Positions 38,278 through 48,199 of a stretch of 64,000 nt of DNA are shown here, in pieces. The stretch covers positions 8,366 to 72,365 of the forward strand of contig CAVEOB010000001.1 of assembly GCA_963617265.1 (NCBI GenBank). The letters are read 5' to 3'. Below the pieces are notes generated by a model. The model made no database searches. It was not told the DNA's origin and worked only from the letters and a program-made list of their open reading frames with translations. This DNA is from Mediterraneibacter gnavus (GTDB lineage Bacteria; Pseudomonadota; Alphaproteobacteria; RF32; CAG-239). The translations under genes were made by a program, and so were the position numbers. Numbering within the stretch: the stretch's first letter is position 1; each line of letters starts with the position of its first letter.

Positions 38278-38889
38278 TTAGGTGCGGCGCGAATATTTCC
38301 AAATAAGGCTGGTAAAAGCGATATACATCAACATTTCGCAGCTTTCTTCAAGAATTTCATTATCTATAAACGGAAATTCGGCAAGCGTCGCTGCTACTGC
38401 AGCGCCAATTAGCACAAAGGAATCCCAAACAAAAACAGGAGCATGCAAAATATATTGCCAAATAGTTTGATAGACCTTTTTGCTCCATATATAGTAGAGA
38501 ATATAAACGCCGTACAGGTCGCGCAGGGGCTCAACAATGAAACCGTATTTCATCTTTTTCCAGCGGCAGATTTCATCAGGCGATAAATATTTTTCACAAA
38601 AATATGAACGACCCAAGTTGGTTTCCCGCATCAGCATAAGCACAATAACCAAGGACAGAGCCGTAAACAAAGCTTTGTCTTTGGGCGAGCGCAGAGCAAT
38701 TATTAACGCGGCGCCTAAAATAACCAATTGCAGATTTTCTATCCAGCCGCCTTCTACAAAAAGCTGGGCATCAGCATATTTTAGCATAAACGGAACTGTC
38801 GCTATATAAATAAATTCAACGACTGTAAGCCAAGATAAATTCCATTGCAGACGCGCCGGAATTTTTTTTACAAATTCAATAAGTTTCAT
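38278..38889 (-). CDS. hypothetical polytopic membrane protein (203 aa)
   Basis: Long ORF with host-like codon usage and about five predicted TM helices. No motif I can name. Confidence 0.5.
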   Translation of the reverse strand: MKLIEFVKKIPARLQWNLSWLTVVEFIYIATVPFMLKYADAQLFVEGGWIENLQLVILGAALIIALRSPKDKALFTALSLVIVLMLMRETNLGRSYFCEKYLSPDEICRWKKMKYGFIVEPLRDLYGVYILYYIWSKKVYQTIWQYILHAPVFVWDSFVLIGAAVAATLAEFPFIDNEILEESCEMLMYIAFTSLIWKYSRRT

Positions 38890-39058
38890 TTTTTTCCCTG
38901 TTTAATAATACATAACACACTGCGGAATATACTCTTAAAATAATTTTTATGTAAGTGATTTTTTGCAGGGCGGGGGATAAAAATGGTCAATATATTTTAA
39001 CGTGGACACATTGATAAATAAATTGACTTAGGTTTATTGGTTATTTTATAGTGTAAGC

Positions 39059-40681
39059 ATGATTAAGAAGATAAATATAAATAATATAAACTTGACAGCG
39101 GTTCTGGTCTTTTTGACGGTCGCTTTGCTTTTGTCGCAGATTGCGTTTGATATGTTCTATAAAGGATATCCTTCAGACGAGACGGAGCATTTGCATGTTG
39201 CTTGGCTGGTGTGGAGCGGCAAAACACCGTATATTGATTTTTTTGAACATCATAATCCTTTGCTGTGGTATTTGTTTGCGTCGGTTGCCGGATTGATGTA
39301 TGACAATCTGAATATTGTCTATGTTTCGCGGATTATTGCGGTGGCGGCTTCATTGATTTGCTGGTTTTATATTTATAAAATTATCACCAAGTGGCTTGGC
39401 GGCTGGCAAATTTGGCTGGCGGCGTTTTTAGTGTTTTGTCTTGGGTATGACGACAGCCGCTATATTACGGAATTTCGTCCGGATACGTTTATGAACTTAT
39501 GCTTTTGGAGCGGCTTATATTATTATTTGAGCTATCTTGAGAAAAAGCGCGGCAAAGATTTAATTATTTCGTTTTTGTTATTTACGCTTTCATTTTTCTT
39601 TTTGCAAAAAATTATATTATTACTGCTGGTGCTGGCGGTATATACTTTTATTTTGTTAGTAAAAAAGCAAATTAAACCGGCTGATTTTGCCAAAGCGCTG
39701 ATATTACCGGTGGTTATAACGGCTGGTTTTATTGCTTGGCTATGCTGCCATGGAATGCTGCTGAAATATATAGAATTGAATTACACTTTAAACAGCGTGC
39801 TGGTGCAATATTACGGCTTGCATAGAATACGGCTGAATTTGGGAAATTTCTTGATTTATCTGCCTTTTACCAACGGGTGGGGCGCGGTTCATTTTACCCC
39901 GCTTGCAACGGTGCTTTCCTGCACGGCAATTTTAGGATATGCTAATTTTTTGCAAATAAAAAAGCCGGCTGCTCTTTGTTTGGTTATTTTGTTTTTCGGC
40001 GAGCTGGGAGCAAGGCTTTTGACTTTTTCTCCGTATCCGCATTATTTTTCTTTGCTGCTGGCATTGGCTTCAATAATAACGGCGTCGGTCATTTTCAGGA
40101 ATATGTCAAAATTTAAGCAAAAAATATATAATTTGTTTTTATTTTGCTTTGTTTGTATTTTAGGCTCACAAAACTATGCTAATTTTCAGAACGGAATTTA
40201 TAACGACCAAATAAAAAACGCTTTAGAAGATATAAAATTTATTATAGAACATACCACTGCTGATGAAACGGTTATGAATGCGCACAATTACAGCCCTAAT
40301 TTATTCCGTCCCGACAGCAATTATGTTTGGTTCTTATTAAACGATACGGGCTATGTGTATGAAACAAATTTTGCCGAGAAAAAAACAGATTTGGACGAGG
40401 TTGTTCTTAAACAAAGACCGACAATAATTTTTGCGTCGGATTATAAGAATACTCCATTCAGTGAACGCAGAGAGAAAAAGCTGTTTGAATATAATGCGGA
40501 CATGATGTATTTGTATCAAAAAATGAATATAAAAGACTATCCTTTAACCGAATTGCTGATTAACATTCCGCAGCCAAAAGCTTATATTTGGAATATGGAA
40601 CTGGTCAAAAAATATTATAACTCAACAGAACGTCCGCAATTGTGGATTTTAAAAGACGAATATCGACACGGGGAGAAGTAA
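39059..40681 (+). CDS. GT-C superfamily glycosyltransferase, ArnT/PMT_2 (GT39/GT83-like)
   Basis: 540 aa with more than ten TM helices. The first extracytoplasmic loop reads YPSDETEHLHVAWLVWSGKTPYIDFFEHHNPLLWYL, matching the DE...SG...PY..FFEK/H.PL signature of ArnT/PMT-type undecaprenyl/dolichyl-phosphate-sugar transferases. Confidence 0.65.
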   Translation: MIKKININNINLTAVLVFLTVALLLSQIAFDMFYKGYPSDETEHLHVAWLVWSGKTPYIDFFEHHNPLLWYLFASVAGLMYDNLNIVYVSRIIAVAASLICWFYIYKIITKWLGGWQIWLAAFLVFCLGYDDSRYITEFRPDTFMNLCFWSGLYYYLSYLEKKRGKDLIISFLLFTLSFFFLQKIILLLLVLAVYTFILLVKKQIKPADFAKALILPVVITAGFIAWLCCHGMLLKYIELNYTLNSVLVQYYGLHRIRLNLGNFLIYLPFTNGWGAVHFTPLATVLSCTAILGYANFLQIKKPAALCLVILFFGELGARLLTFSPYPHYFSLLLALASIITASVIFRNMSKFKQKIYNLFLFCFVCILGSQNYANFQNGIYNDQIKNALEDIKFIIEHTTADETVMNAHNYSPNLFRPDSNYVWFLLNDTGYVYETNFAEKKTDLDEVVLKQRPTIIFASDYKNTPFSERREKKLFEYNADMMYLYQKMNIKDYPLTELLINIPQPKAYIWNMELVKKYYNSTERPQLWILKDEYRHGEK

Positions 40682-41365
40682 ATGCAGAAAAATTTGCTGA
40701 TTTGGGATTTTGACGGTGTTTTGGCAGACAGCGAGCATTTGTGGGTGCAAAATTGGACCGAAACTTTGCAGGAGCTCTATGGCTTAAAACTTTCGGCGGC
40801 TTTGCAAAAGCAATATTTGGAAGGAAAAGCCGATAAAACGAAAGTGGAATTGTTTGCAAAAGATTTTCCGAATATAAAGCTTGATGAACATTTTTGGGAT
40901 AAAATTCATCAAAATGAAGACAGGCTGATTGCCTCGGAATTGGTGCTGACGGTCGATATAGAAAAAATTTTAGATGATAAAAATTTTGCTCAATGCGTGG
41001 CAACCGGAGCTACAATAGAAAAGCATAATAAAAAGGTGAAAAAACTCGGTTTAGGCAAATATTTTGACGAGCACAACACTTTTACGGCTTATATGGTAGC
41101 AAACGGAAAACCAGCGCCGGATATTTTTTTGTATGCAGCAGAAAAAATGGGCTATAAACCGCAAAATTGTTTGGTGGTGGAAGATTCTGCCGCTGGCATA
41201 AAAGCCGCAGTTGCTGCTGGAATACCAGTTATCGCATATATCGGAGCCACTGGGCACAACACGCCGGAATATGCAGCTGCTTGCACCAAGGCGGGGGCTT
41301 TAAAAGTCAGTGATAATATGCGTGACGTATATAAAATTATAAAAGAACACTTTGACAACAATTAA
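40682..41365 (+). CDS. HAD-superfamily hydrolase (beta-phosphoglucomutase/phosphatase subfamily IA)
   Basis: Motif I LIWDFDGVLADSE. Motifs II/III/IV occur at conserved spacing (…VATGA…, K…DIFLYAAEKMG, VVEDSAAGIKAA). Confidence 0.7.
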   Translation: MQKNLLIWDFDGVLADSEHLWVQNWTETLQELYGLKLSAALQKQYLEGKADKTKVELFAKDFPNIKLDEHFWDKIHQNEDRLIASELVLTVDIEKILDDKNFAQCVATGATIEKHNKKVKKLGLGKYFDEHNTFTAYMVANGKPAPDIFLYAAEKMGYKPQNCLVVEDSAAGIKAAVAAGIPVIAYIGATGHNTPEYAAACTKAGALKVSDNMRDVYKIIKEHFDNN

Positions 41366-41374
41366 GGAAAAAAT

Positions 41375-41980
41375 ATGAATAAACTTTTTTTGAACAGTTT
41401 TGCAGCGTTTATGATGATGGCGGTTAATGTCAGTGCCGCTGAGGTAAAAAAACTTCCGGAGCCTGATTTAGAAACGCAGTCGGCGCCGTTAATGCAGCTT
41501 TTAGATGAACGTCAGTCGGGCAGAAACTATGATGCTGACAAGCGGATTGATGATACGACTTTGAGTGAAATTTTATGGAGTGCTGTAGGTGTTAATCAAT
41601 ATGGCAAAATAACCATTCCGACAGCGCGCAATAATAAAAATCTGAAGGTGTTTGTGCTGAACAGCAACGGCGCTTGGCTGTATAAAGCAAAAGAGAATCT
41701 GCTGGAAAAAGTTTCGGATAAAAATTTGTTGCCGCATTTGGCGGAAAAGCAGGATTTTATTTTGCAGGCTCCAGTTCATTTGCTATATACCAGTTCTGAT
41801 AAAATGTGGGGTTTTGCCCATGCTGGTTCGGCTTATCAGAATGTTTATTTATATGCGGAGGCTAAAGGGCTGAGCACGGTTATCCGCGGTTTGCCGAATG
41901 ATGAAATTGCGGCGGAAGCTTTAAATTTGGGCGCAGATGAATTTACTATCGCTCATCAGCCGATAGGATATCCTAAATAG
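41375..41980 (+). CDS. secreted nitroreductase-superfamily (SagB/ThcOx-like) protein
   Basis: Signal peptide (VSAAEV). Nitroreductase-fold hallmarks R..R.Y (RQSGRNYD) and the ILWSAVGVNQ segment. About 200 aa single domain. Confidence 0.55.
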   Translation: MNKLFLNSFAAFMMMAVNVSAAEVKKLPEPDLETQSAPLMQLLDERQSGRNYDADKRIDDTTLSEILWSAVGVNQYGKITIPTARNNKNLKVFVLNSNGAWLYKAKENLLEKVSDKNLLPHLAEKQDFILQAPVHLLYTSSDKMWGFAHAGSAYQNVYLYAEAKGLSTVIRGLPNDEIAAEALNLGADEFTIAHQPIGYPK

Positions 41981-41998
41981 CATATTTGTATTCAGACT

Positions 41999-42328
41999 TT
42001 GAGCGATTACATATTTTTTATGCAAAACTCAAAGCCGAAATATAGTTTAAAAGAAAAACTGGACATAGCTGAAAGTATATCTACCGTCTTAATGTTCCTT
42101 ATGGCGGTATGGGGAACTATTGCGGCGTATGAAGCCGGTTTTTGGCATAAAATTATGCACATTATAGATCATTACCACACGGAAATTGTCAAAATAGAAC
42201 ACACCGAAACGGTTAAAACCATAGAACAAAAAGTGCTGTATCCCCAAGCTGAACATTCAAAAAACAGCCAAAGTTCAAAGATAAATAAAAACAAATCAGG
42301 GCAAAATATTGACAAGGCTGCAAAATAG
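41999..42328 (+). CDS. hypothetical small membrane protein (109 aa)
   Basis: ORF with one TM helix (ISTVLMFLMAVWGTIAAY). Start uncertain (TTG 41999 or ATG 42020); no clear RBS. Confidence 0.3.
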   Translation: MSDYIFFMQNSKPKYSLKEKLDIAESISTVLMFLMAVWGTIAAYEAGFWHKIMHIIDHYHTEIVKIEHTETVKTIEQKVLYPQAEHSKNSQSSKINKNKSGQNIDKAAK

Positions 42329-42380
42329 CGTTATTCTAATATTGGTAACTGAATTATTATAAACTTAAAATATTTTGCGT

Positions 42381-43556
42381 ATGACAATTATTAGAAATTT
42401 AGTGTCAAGTGATTCAAAGGTTAAGGACATGGCTGAGGCAAGAGCTTTTTTAGGCACTTTGGTCGGCGGTCTTCTGCAGTCAAAAAATGCGGTCGACAAG
42501 ATCAAGACGCCTAGAGAGTTTTTGAAAAGCTTTTCCTTTAACAAGCAGGTTTGGATACGCGATGCAATTGCCAAGTCTATGCCTGTGGCTCGCCGTTGGG
42601 CGGTTGAGCGAATGAAAAATGGCGAAAAGTTCGAAGATTTCGAAGATGAAATCTTCGAGATTGACGCCATTGAACGTCGTCTGTATCTGAATATGCAGCG
42701 GACGTTTTGGGACCATATCAAGCACCATGGTTATGATATGAACTCTATCGTGTTTGTAGAAAAACTGCATCAGGTCAAGGAGTTTAATCACAACGAGTAC
42801 AACAAGCTTTTGGGCGAAATGCGCAAGAGCTTTGTGAAGAACAACAATCATTCTGTTGAGTATCTTATTAGCAAAACTACCGAGTTTGTTCGTAAGATAA
42901 ACGAAATCGGGCGCGCTGCGTATGAAATGTTACAAGACGGCAATCATCTAGACTTTTCTAAGTGGAGCGCTAAGATGGTGCTGCAGGATGCGGTGTTTGA
43001 AGAAAACAAGCAGTTTTTGAAGCAGACGCTGAAACACCTTGCTTCAATGAAGAACAACAAGGTGAAGCTGGGTGTGTCGGAAATTCGCTTGCTGCTCAAT
43101 CAAAAGGACGGCTGCCGCCGTGAGAAGTACTATCATCAAGCGGAAGAGATGATTATTTCCATTTACAATTCACTGCCTGCCGATACCAAACAGGAAAAAG
43201 AGGAGCAGGCGCAAATTTATAAGGAAATCTGCGCTTTTGTTTATGACATTATTCCGCTTACAGGACGCATCTCGATAAATATGATTAACTTTATATTTGA
43301 TCGAGGTTTCCTTAGCCCGATGAGCCGCGATTTGCTTTTGAAAATCAGACCGCGCATCAACAGCCTTAGCATGACGCCGTTGTTTCACTATCCGCTCAAG
43401 CATATGCTGGAAAATGTGTATGTGGATTATCGTTTAGGTGAGCTGAGGCAGTCGGACTGGTGCGTGCTGGAGGTTGCCGCTGCATATGAGCCGGAGCTGA
43501 TGAATATGGAGCTTCAGCGCTTGTATGAACAACATTTGGAAGCGAGCAAAGCTTGA
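42381..43556 (+). CDS. hypothetical protein (about 390 aa) with atypical, GC-richer codon usage; probable horizontally acquired gene
   Basis: Long ORF with a strong terminator immediately downstream. Codon usage is CAG/CTG/GAG/AAG-rich, unlike neighbouring genes. Start ambiguous (ATG 42381, or ATG 42429 with an AAGG RBS). Confidence 0.55.
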   Translation: MTIIRNLVSSDSKVKDMAEARAFLGTLVGGLLQSKNAVDKIKTPREFLKSFSFNKQVWIRDAIAKSMPVARRWAVERMKNGEKFEDFEDEIFEIDAIERRLYLNMQRTFWDHIKHHGYDMNSIVFVEKLHQVKEFNHNEYNKLLGEMRKSFVKNNNHSVEYLISKTTEFVRKINEIGRAAYEMLQDGNHLDFSKWSAKMVLQDAVFEENKQFLKQTLKHLASMKNNKVKLGVSEIRLLLNQKDGCRREKYYHQAEEMIISIYNSLPADTKQEKEEQAQIYKEICAFVYDIIPLTGRISINMINFIFDRGFLSPMSRDLLLKIRPRINSLSMTPLFHYPLKHMLENVYVDYRLGELRQSDWCVLEVAAAYEPELMNMELQRLYEQHLEASKA

Positions 43557-43568
43557 GGCGACACTATT

Positions 43569-43606
43569 AAAAAAACACCATTGCTTTAGTGCAATGGTGT
43601 TTTTTT
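43569..43606. terminator. bidirectional rho-independent terminator (AAAAAACACCATTGC-TTTAGT-GCAATGGTGTTTTTTT)
   Basis: Perfect 14-bp stem flanked by A7 and T7 runs, between convergent genes. Confidence 0.7.
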
Positions 43607-43612
43607 GTATGG

Positions 43613-43990
43613 TTATTTGCTAATCGAGGATACTCCGGACAGATAAACAACATCATCAGCTATTAATGATGGCAATTTCAAGCCCTTTGCCACGGTATTA
43701 AGCAAGATTTGCTTTGGAGTATGAATAAACGCGGGCGTTGACATTTTGAGCAGAGTATTCTGAATGAAGGTTATTTGTGCCTTAACATTGTCGGTTTGCT
43801 TCATTGCCTTGAGCGCATCGAGATCCTTTTTAAGCATAGACTTAAAGTTGGAAGTTGTGTTAGTGCGGAAAGCAATGACGTCAACGTGCTCGTTTTCTGA
43901 AACCAGCGAACCAGCCCAAAAAAATGTGCAGCTGGTTGGCAAATTAGCGTCACATACCAAAAGTGTGCTTGCAAGCATAAACTTTTCCAT
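43613..43990 (-). CDS. hypothetical protein (125 aa), atypical codon usage
   Basis: ORF convergent with the 390-aa gene and sharing its terminator. AAG/CTC-rich codons unlike host genes. Confidence 0.45.
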   Translation of the reverse strand: MEKFMLASTLLVCDANLPTSCTFFWAGSLVSENEHVDVIAFRTNTTSNFKSMLKKDLDALKAMKQTDNVKAQITFIQNTLLKMSTPAFIHTPKQILLNTVAKGLKLPSLIADDVVYLSGVSSISK

Positions 43991-44209
43991 AAAACAGTAA
44001 ATTTATGAGGCGTTAGTCTTAAATGTATGATTGCCTAGGCCATACAAGACATAATAAAAAACAAAATTATAAAATTTGTTTTAGAATTAACAAAAAAGGC
44101 AGATTTTGTCAATAAAAAAGATAATAACAAACAAAAAATGTAAAACTTGCAGAATATAAAAATTTTTGCTAAGCATAAGTGTAAAATCATTATTAAGGAG
44201 ATTTTTGTG

Positions 44210-44815
44210 ATGGCTGAACAGGAAAAAACGGCAAAAGTTAAAAAGACAAACAATTGTTTGATAAATTTTTTTAAAAATCCTAAAGTCTATCTCAGGTTGG
44301 CACTGATTGTTTTGGTCGGTGTTGTTTCATTTTATAAAATGCAGCAACAGAATCTACAAAAAAAATATCAGACAGGTTATGCCGGCATGATGGTGTATAG
44401 CATGGTTAAAGGATATGGCTATGCTTGCAAGGCAAACGGTTATGAATTGCAGAACTTTCCGCAGAAATTTCAAGAACGATATAGCGAGGAAATAGAAAAA
44501 GTTGATTCGGCGCTGCAGCAATACGGCTATAATTTACAAGAATTTTTTGAACTTATGGATAATGATAAGAAATTGCAGCAAAATTTGCCGCAAATTATTA
44601 CTGAGGATTTGAATGAAACCCGTCGGCAAATTATTTTGGAGGTAGTTCAAGAAAAAATAGGAGAAGAGCAGGCGGAGTGGGACGATAAATTTTATGATTA
44701 TTTATCTTTAAGCCGATTATGCCGCGATATGGATGAAAATTCTGAGGATTATTTCAAAGCCTACGACAGTTCAAAGTTGTTGGAAATGAAAAAATTACTT
44801 AATGATTTGCAATAG
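44210..44815 (+). CDS. hypothetical membrane-anchored protein (about 200 aa)
   Basis: AAGGAG RBS 9 nt upstream of ATG 44210 (the ORF is open from 44147). One N-terminal TM helix (LRLALIVLVGVVSFY) followed by a Q/E/Y-rich soluble domain. Confidence 0.5.
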   Translation: MAEQEKTAKVKKTNNCLINFFKNPKVYLRLALIVLVGVVSFYKMQQQNLQKKYQTGYAGMMVYSMVKGYGYACKANGYELQNFPQKFQERYSEEIEKVDSALQQYGYNLQEFFELMDNDKKLQQNLPQIITEDLNETRRQIILEVVQEKIGEEQAEWDDKFYDYLSLSRLCRDMDENSEDYFKAYDSSKLLEMKKLLNDLQ

Positions 44816-44868
44816 AATAAAAAAAACTTCCGATAGGAAAATATCGGAAGTTTTTTTTAGCGTTATTT

Positions 44869-46094
<1,226 letters not shown>

Positions 46095-46098
<4 letters not shown>

Positions 46099-46799
46099 TT
46101 CTGAACTCTTTTCGTGTTGATAATATCTGAGTGGATTTCGCCGTCCACGATTTTTATAATGCGTTTGGCAAACAAGGCAATATCTTCTTCGTGGGTTACC
46201 AAAATAATGGTGCGGTGCAGTTTTTCGTTTAGCTTTGTAAACAAGTCCATAATTTCCACACTCATTTTGGTGTCAAGGTTTCCGGTTGGTTCATCGGCAA
46301 AAATTATCGGAGCTTCGTTGACAATGGCGCGGGCAATGGCGACGCGCTGTTGCTGACCGCCGGAAAGCTGGTTTGGCTGGTGGTGCATACGCTCGTGCAG
46401 ACCGACGCTGTCCAAAGCTTTGGCAGCGCGTTCTTCGCGTTCTTTATCCGGCACGCCGGCGTAAACCATCGGCAGCTCCACGTTTTCTATGGCAGAAGTG
46501 CGGGAGAGCAGGTTAAAGCCCTGAAACACAAAGCCGATTTTGCGGTTGCGGATTTCCGCCAGCTGGTCGCCGCTCAAGTGTTCGATATTTTCGCCGTCCA
46601 AGATATATTCACCGGAAGTAGGCGTATCCAAGCAGCCTAAAATATTCATCAAGGTAGATTTACCTGAGCCGGAAGGTCCCATAATTGCCACAAACTCTCC
46701 GGCTTGGATTTCTAAGTTTATACCTTTGAGAATTTCCAAATCAAAGCCGTCCAACGGATAGCTTTTATGGATGTTTTTTAATTGAATCAGCGGTTTCAT
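46095..46799 (-). CDS. ABC transporter ATP-binding protein (MacB/LolD-type NBD)
   Basis: Walker A GPSGSGKST, signature LSGGQQQRVAIARA and Walker B IIFADEPTGNLD. Confidence 0.85.
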
Positions 46800-47953
46800 T
46801 AACGCGGCATCCTTAATCTCATTTTTTGCGTGTCAGCGGCGGAAAGTTCTTTGCCGATAATCACTTCATCGCCAAGTTCTATATCACCTTCCAAAATTTG
46901 CGTGTTATCTTCATCGCTGACGCCGATTTTAACCACTACGCGTTCCGGCTTGCCGTTTTTTATAATCCATACGCCGCGATCTTTATAGCGTTTGGCGTTG
47001 TCGCTGTCATCAATATAAAAGCGCAGAGCTTGGTTTGGAACCAGCATAACGTCTTTTTCTTCGGCGGTGATAATTTCTACATTGGCGGTCATTCCCGGTT
47101 TAAGTTTCATCTCCGTATTATCTATGCCGATTACAACAGTGTAGGTTACAACGTTTGAGGTTGTGGTTGCTTCGTTGCGAACCTGTGTAACGGTGCCGTA
47201 AAAATAGTCATCGGAATAGCTGTCAACGGTAAAGCGTACATTTTGACCTTCTTTAACTTTGGCAATATCGGCTTCAACTACCGAGGCTTCAATTTGCATT
47301 TTAGTTAAATCTTCGGCAACCGAAAAAAGTTCCGGAGTTTCAAAGCTGGCGGCCACGGTTTGTCCGACTTCCACGGCTTTGGAAATGACAATGCCGTCAA
47401 CCGGAGCTTTAATTTCAGTATATGAAAGTTCGGTTTGGGCTGAGTTCAAAGAGGCTTGCGCCTGTTTGACCTGCGCTTGTTCCAAAGCCAGCTGCGCAAC
47501 CGAGTTGTCATAGTCGCGCTCGGCGGCTTCCAAGTCTTTTTCGGTAGAATATTTGGAGGCGTTCAGTTTAGAAATACGGTTCAGCGCTTTTTTATAGTAT
47601 TTGATATTGTTTTCTTCTACGGCAACCTGCGCTTTGGCAATTTCCAAAGCAGCCTCGCGCTGCTGCACCGTGGCTTTGGCGTTTTCTTGGTCGATAAGCG
47701 CCAAAAGCTGTCCTTTTTTTACCACCGAGTTATAGTCGACATAAATTTCAGCGATACGTCCGGAAGCCTGCGAGCCGACCGAAACGGTGGAAAGCGGGTT
47801 GATGGTGCCGGAGGCGGTGATGCTTTCCATGATGTCGCCGGTTTCTATTTTTTGGGTTTTATAAACCGTGCCGCCAGTGCTGCGGTTCAGCAATTTATAG
47901 CTGATACCGATAATCGCCAAAACGGCAATTCCGTAAATTAGATATTTTTTCAT
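46799..47953 (-). CDS. efflux periplasmic adaptor (HlyD/MacA membrane-fusion family)
   Basis: N-terminal TM anchor, a long coiled-coil hairpin and a beta-barrel/MP domain. The stop overlaps the ATPase start. ATG 47953 preferred (AAAGG RBS) over GTG 47968. Confidence 0.8.
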   Translation of the reverse strand: MKKYLIYGIAVLAIIGISYKLLNRSTGGTVYKTQKIETGDIMESITASGTINPLSTVSVGSQASGRIAEIYVDYNSVVKKGQLLALIDQENAKATVQQREAALEIAKAQVAVEENNIKYYKKALNRISKLNASKYSTEKDLEAAERDYDNSVAQLALEQAQVKQAQASLNSAQTELSYTEIKAPVDGIVISKAVEVGQTVAASFETPELFSVAEDLTKMQIEASVVEADIAKVKEGQNVRFTVDSYSDDYFYGTVTQVRNEATTTSNVVTYTVVIGIDNTEMKLKPGMTANVEIITAEEKDVMLVPNQALRFYIDDSDNAKRYKDRGVWIIKNGKPERVVVKIGVSDEDNTQILEGDIELGDEVIIGKELSAADTQKMRLRMPR

Positions 47954-48199
47954 TGTCAGACCTTTCACATATGTTTATAACGCAATATAAAAATTTTTTT
48001 ATTAAAAATCTATAAAATTATGGAGCAAAAAATAAAAAAATGTGCACAAAACAGTAGGGAAAAGCCTTGTAAAGCTAATGAGTTAGGCGTTTGTTCACAT
48101 TTAATACTTCAACTGCTAAAAAATGCTTTATTTTTTTTAATTTTCTGTTATATATAAATCGGTTGAATTATAACTGTGTGATATTAAAGGAATAATTTT

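Noticed and set aside
42480-42851. 123-aa minus ORF inside the 390-aa hypothetical gene
   Set aside because: It is a shadow ORF of the longer + strand gene, which has a terminator and coherent codon usage.
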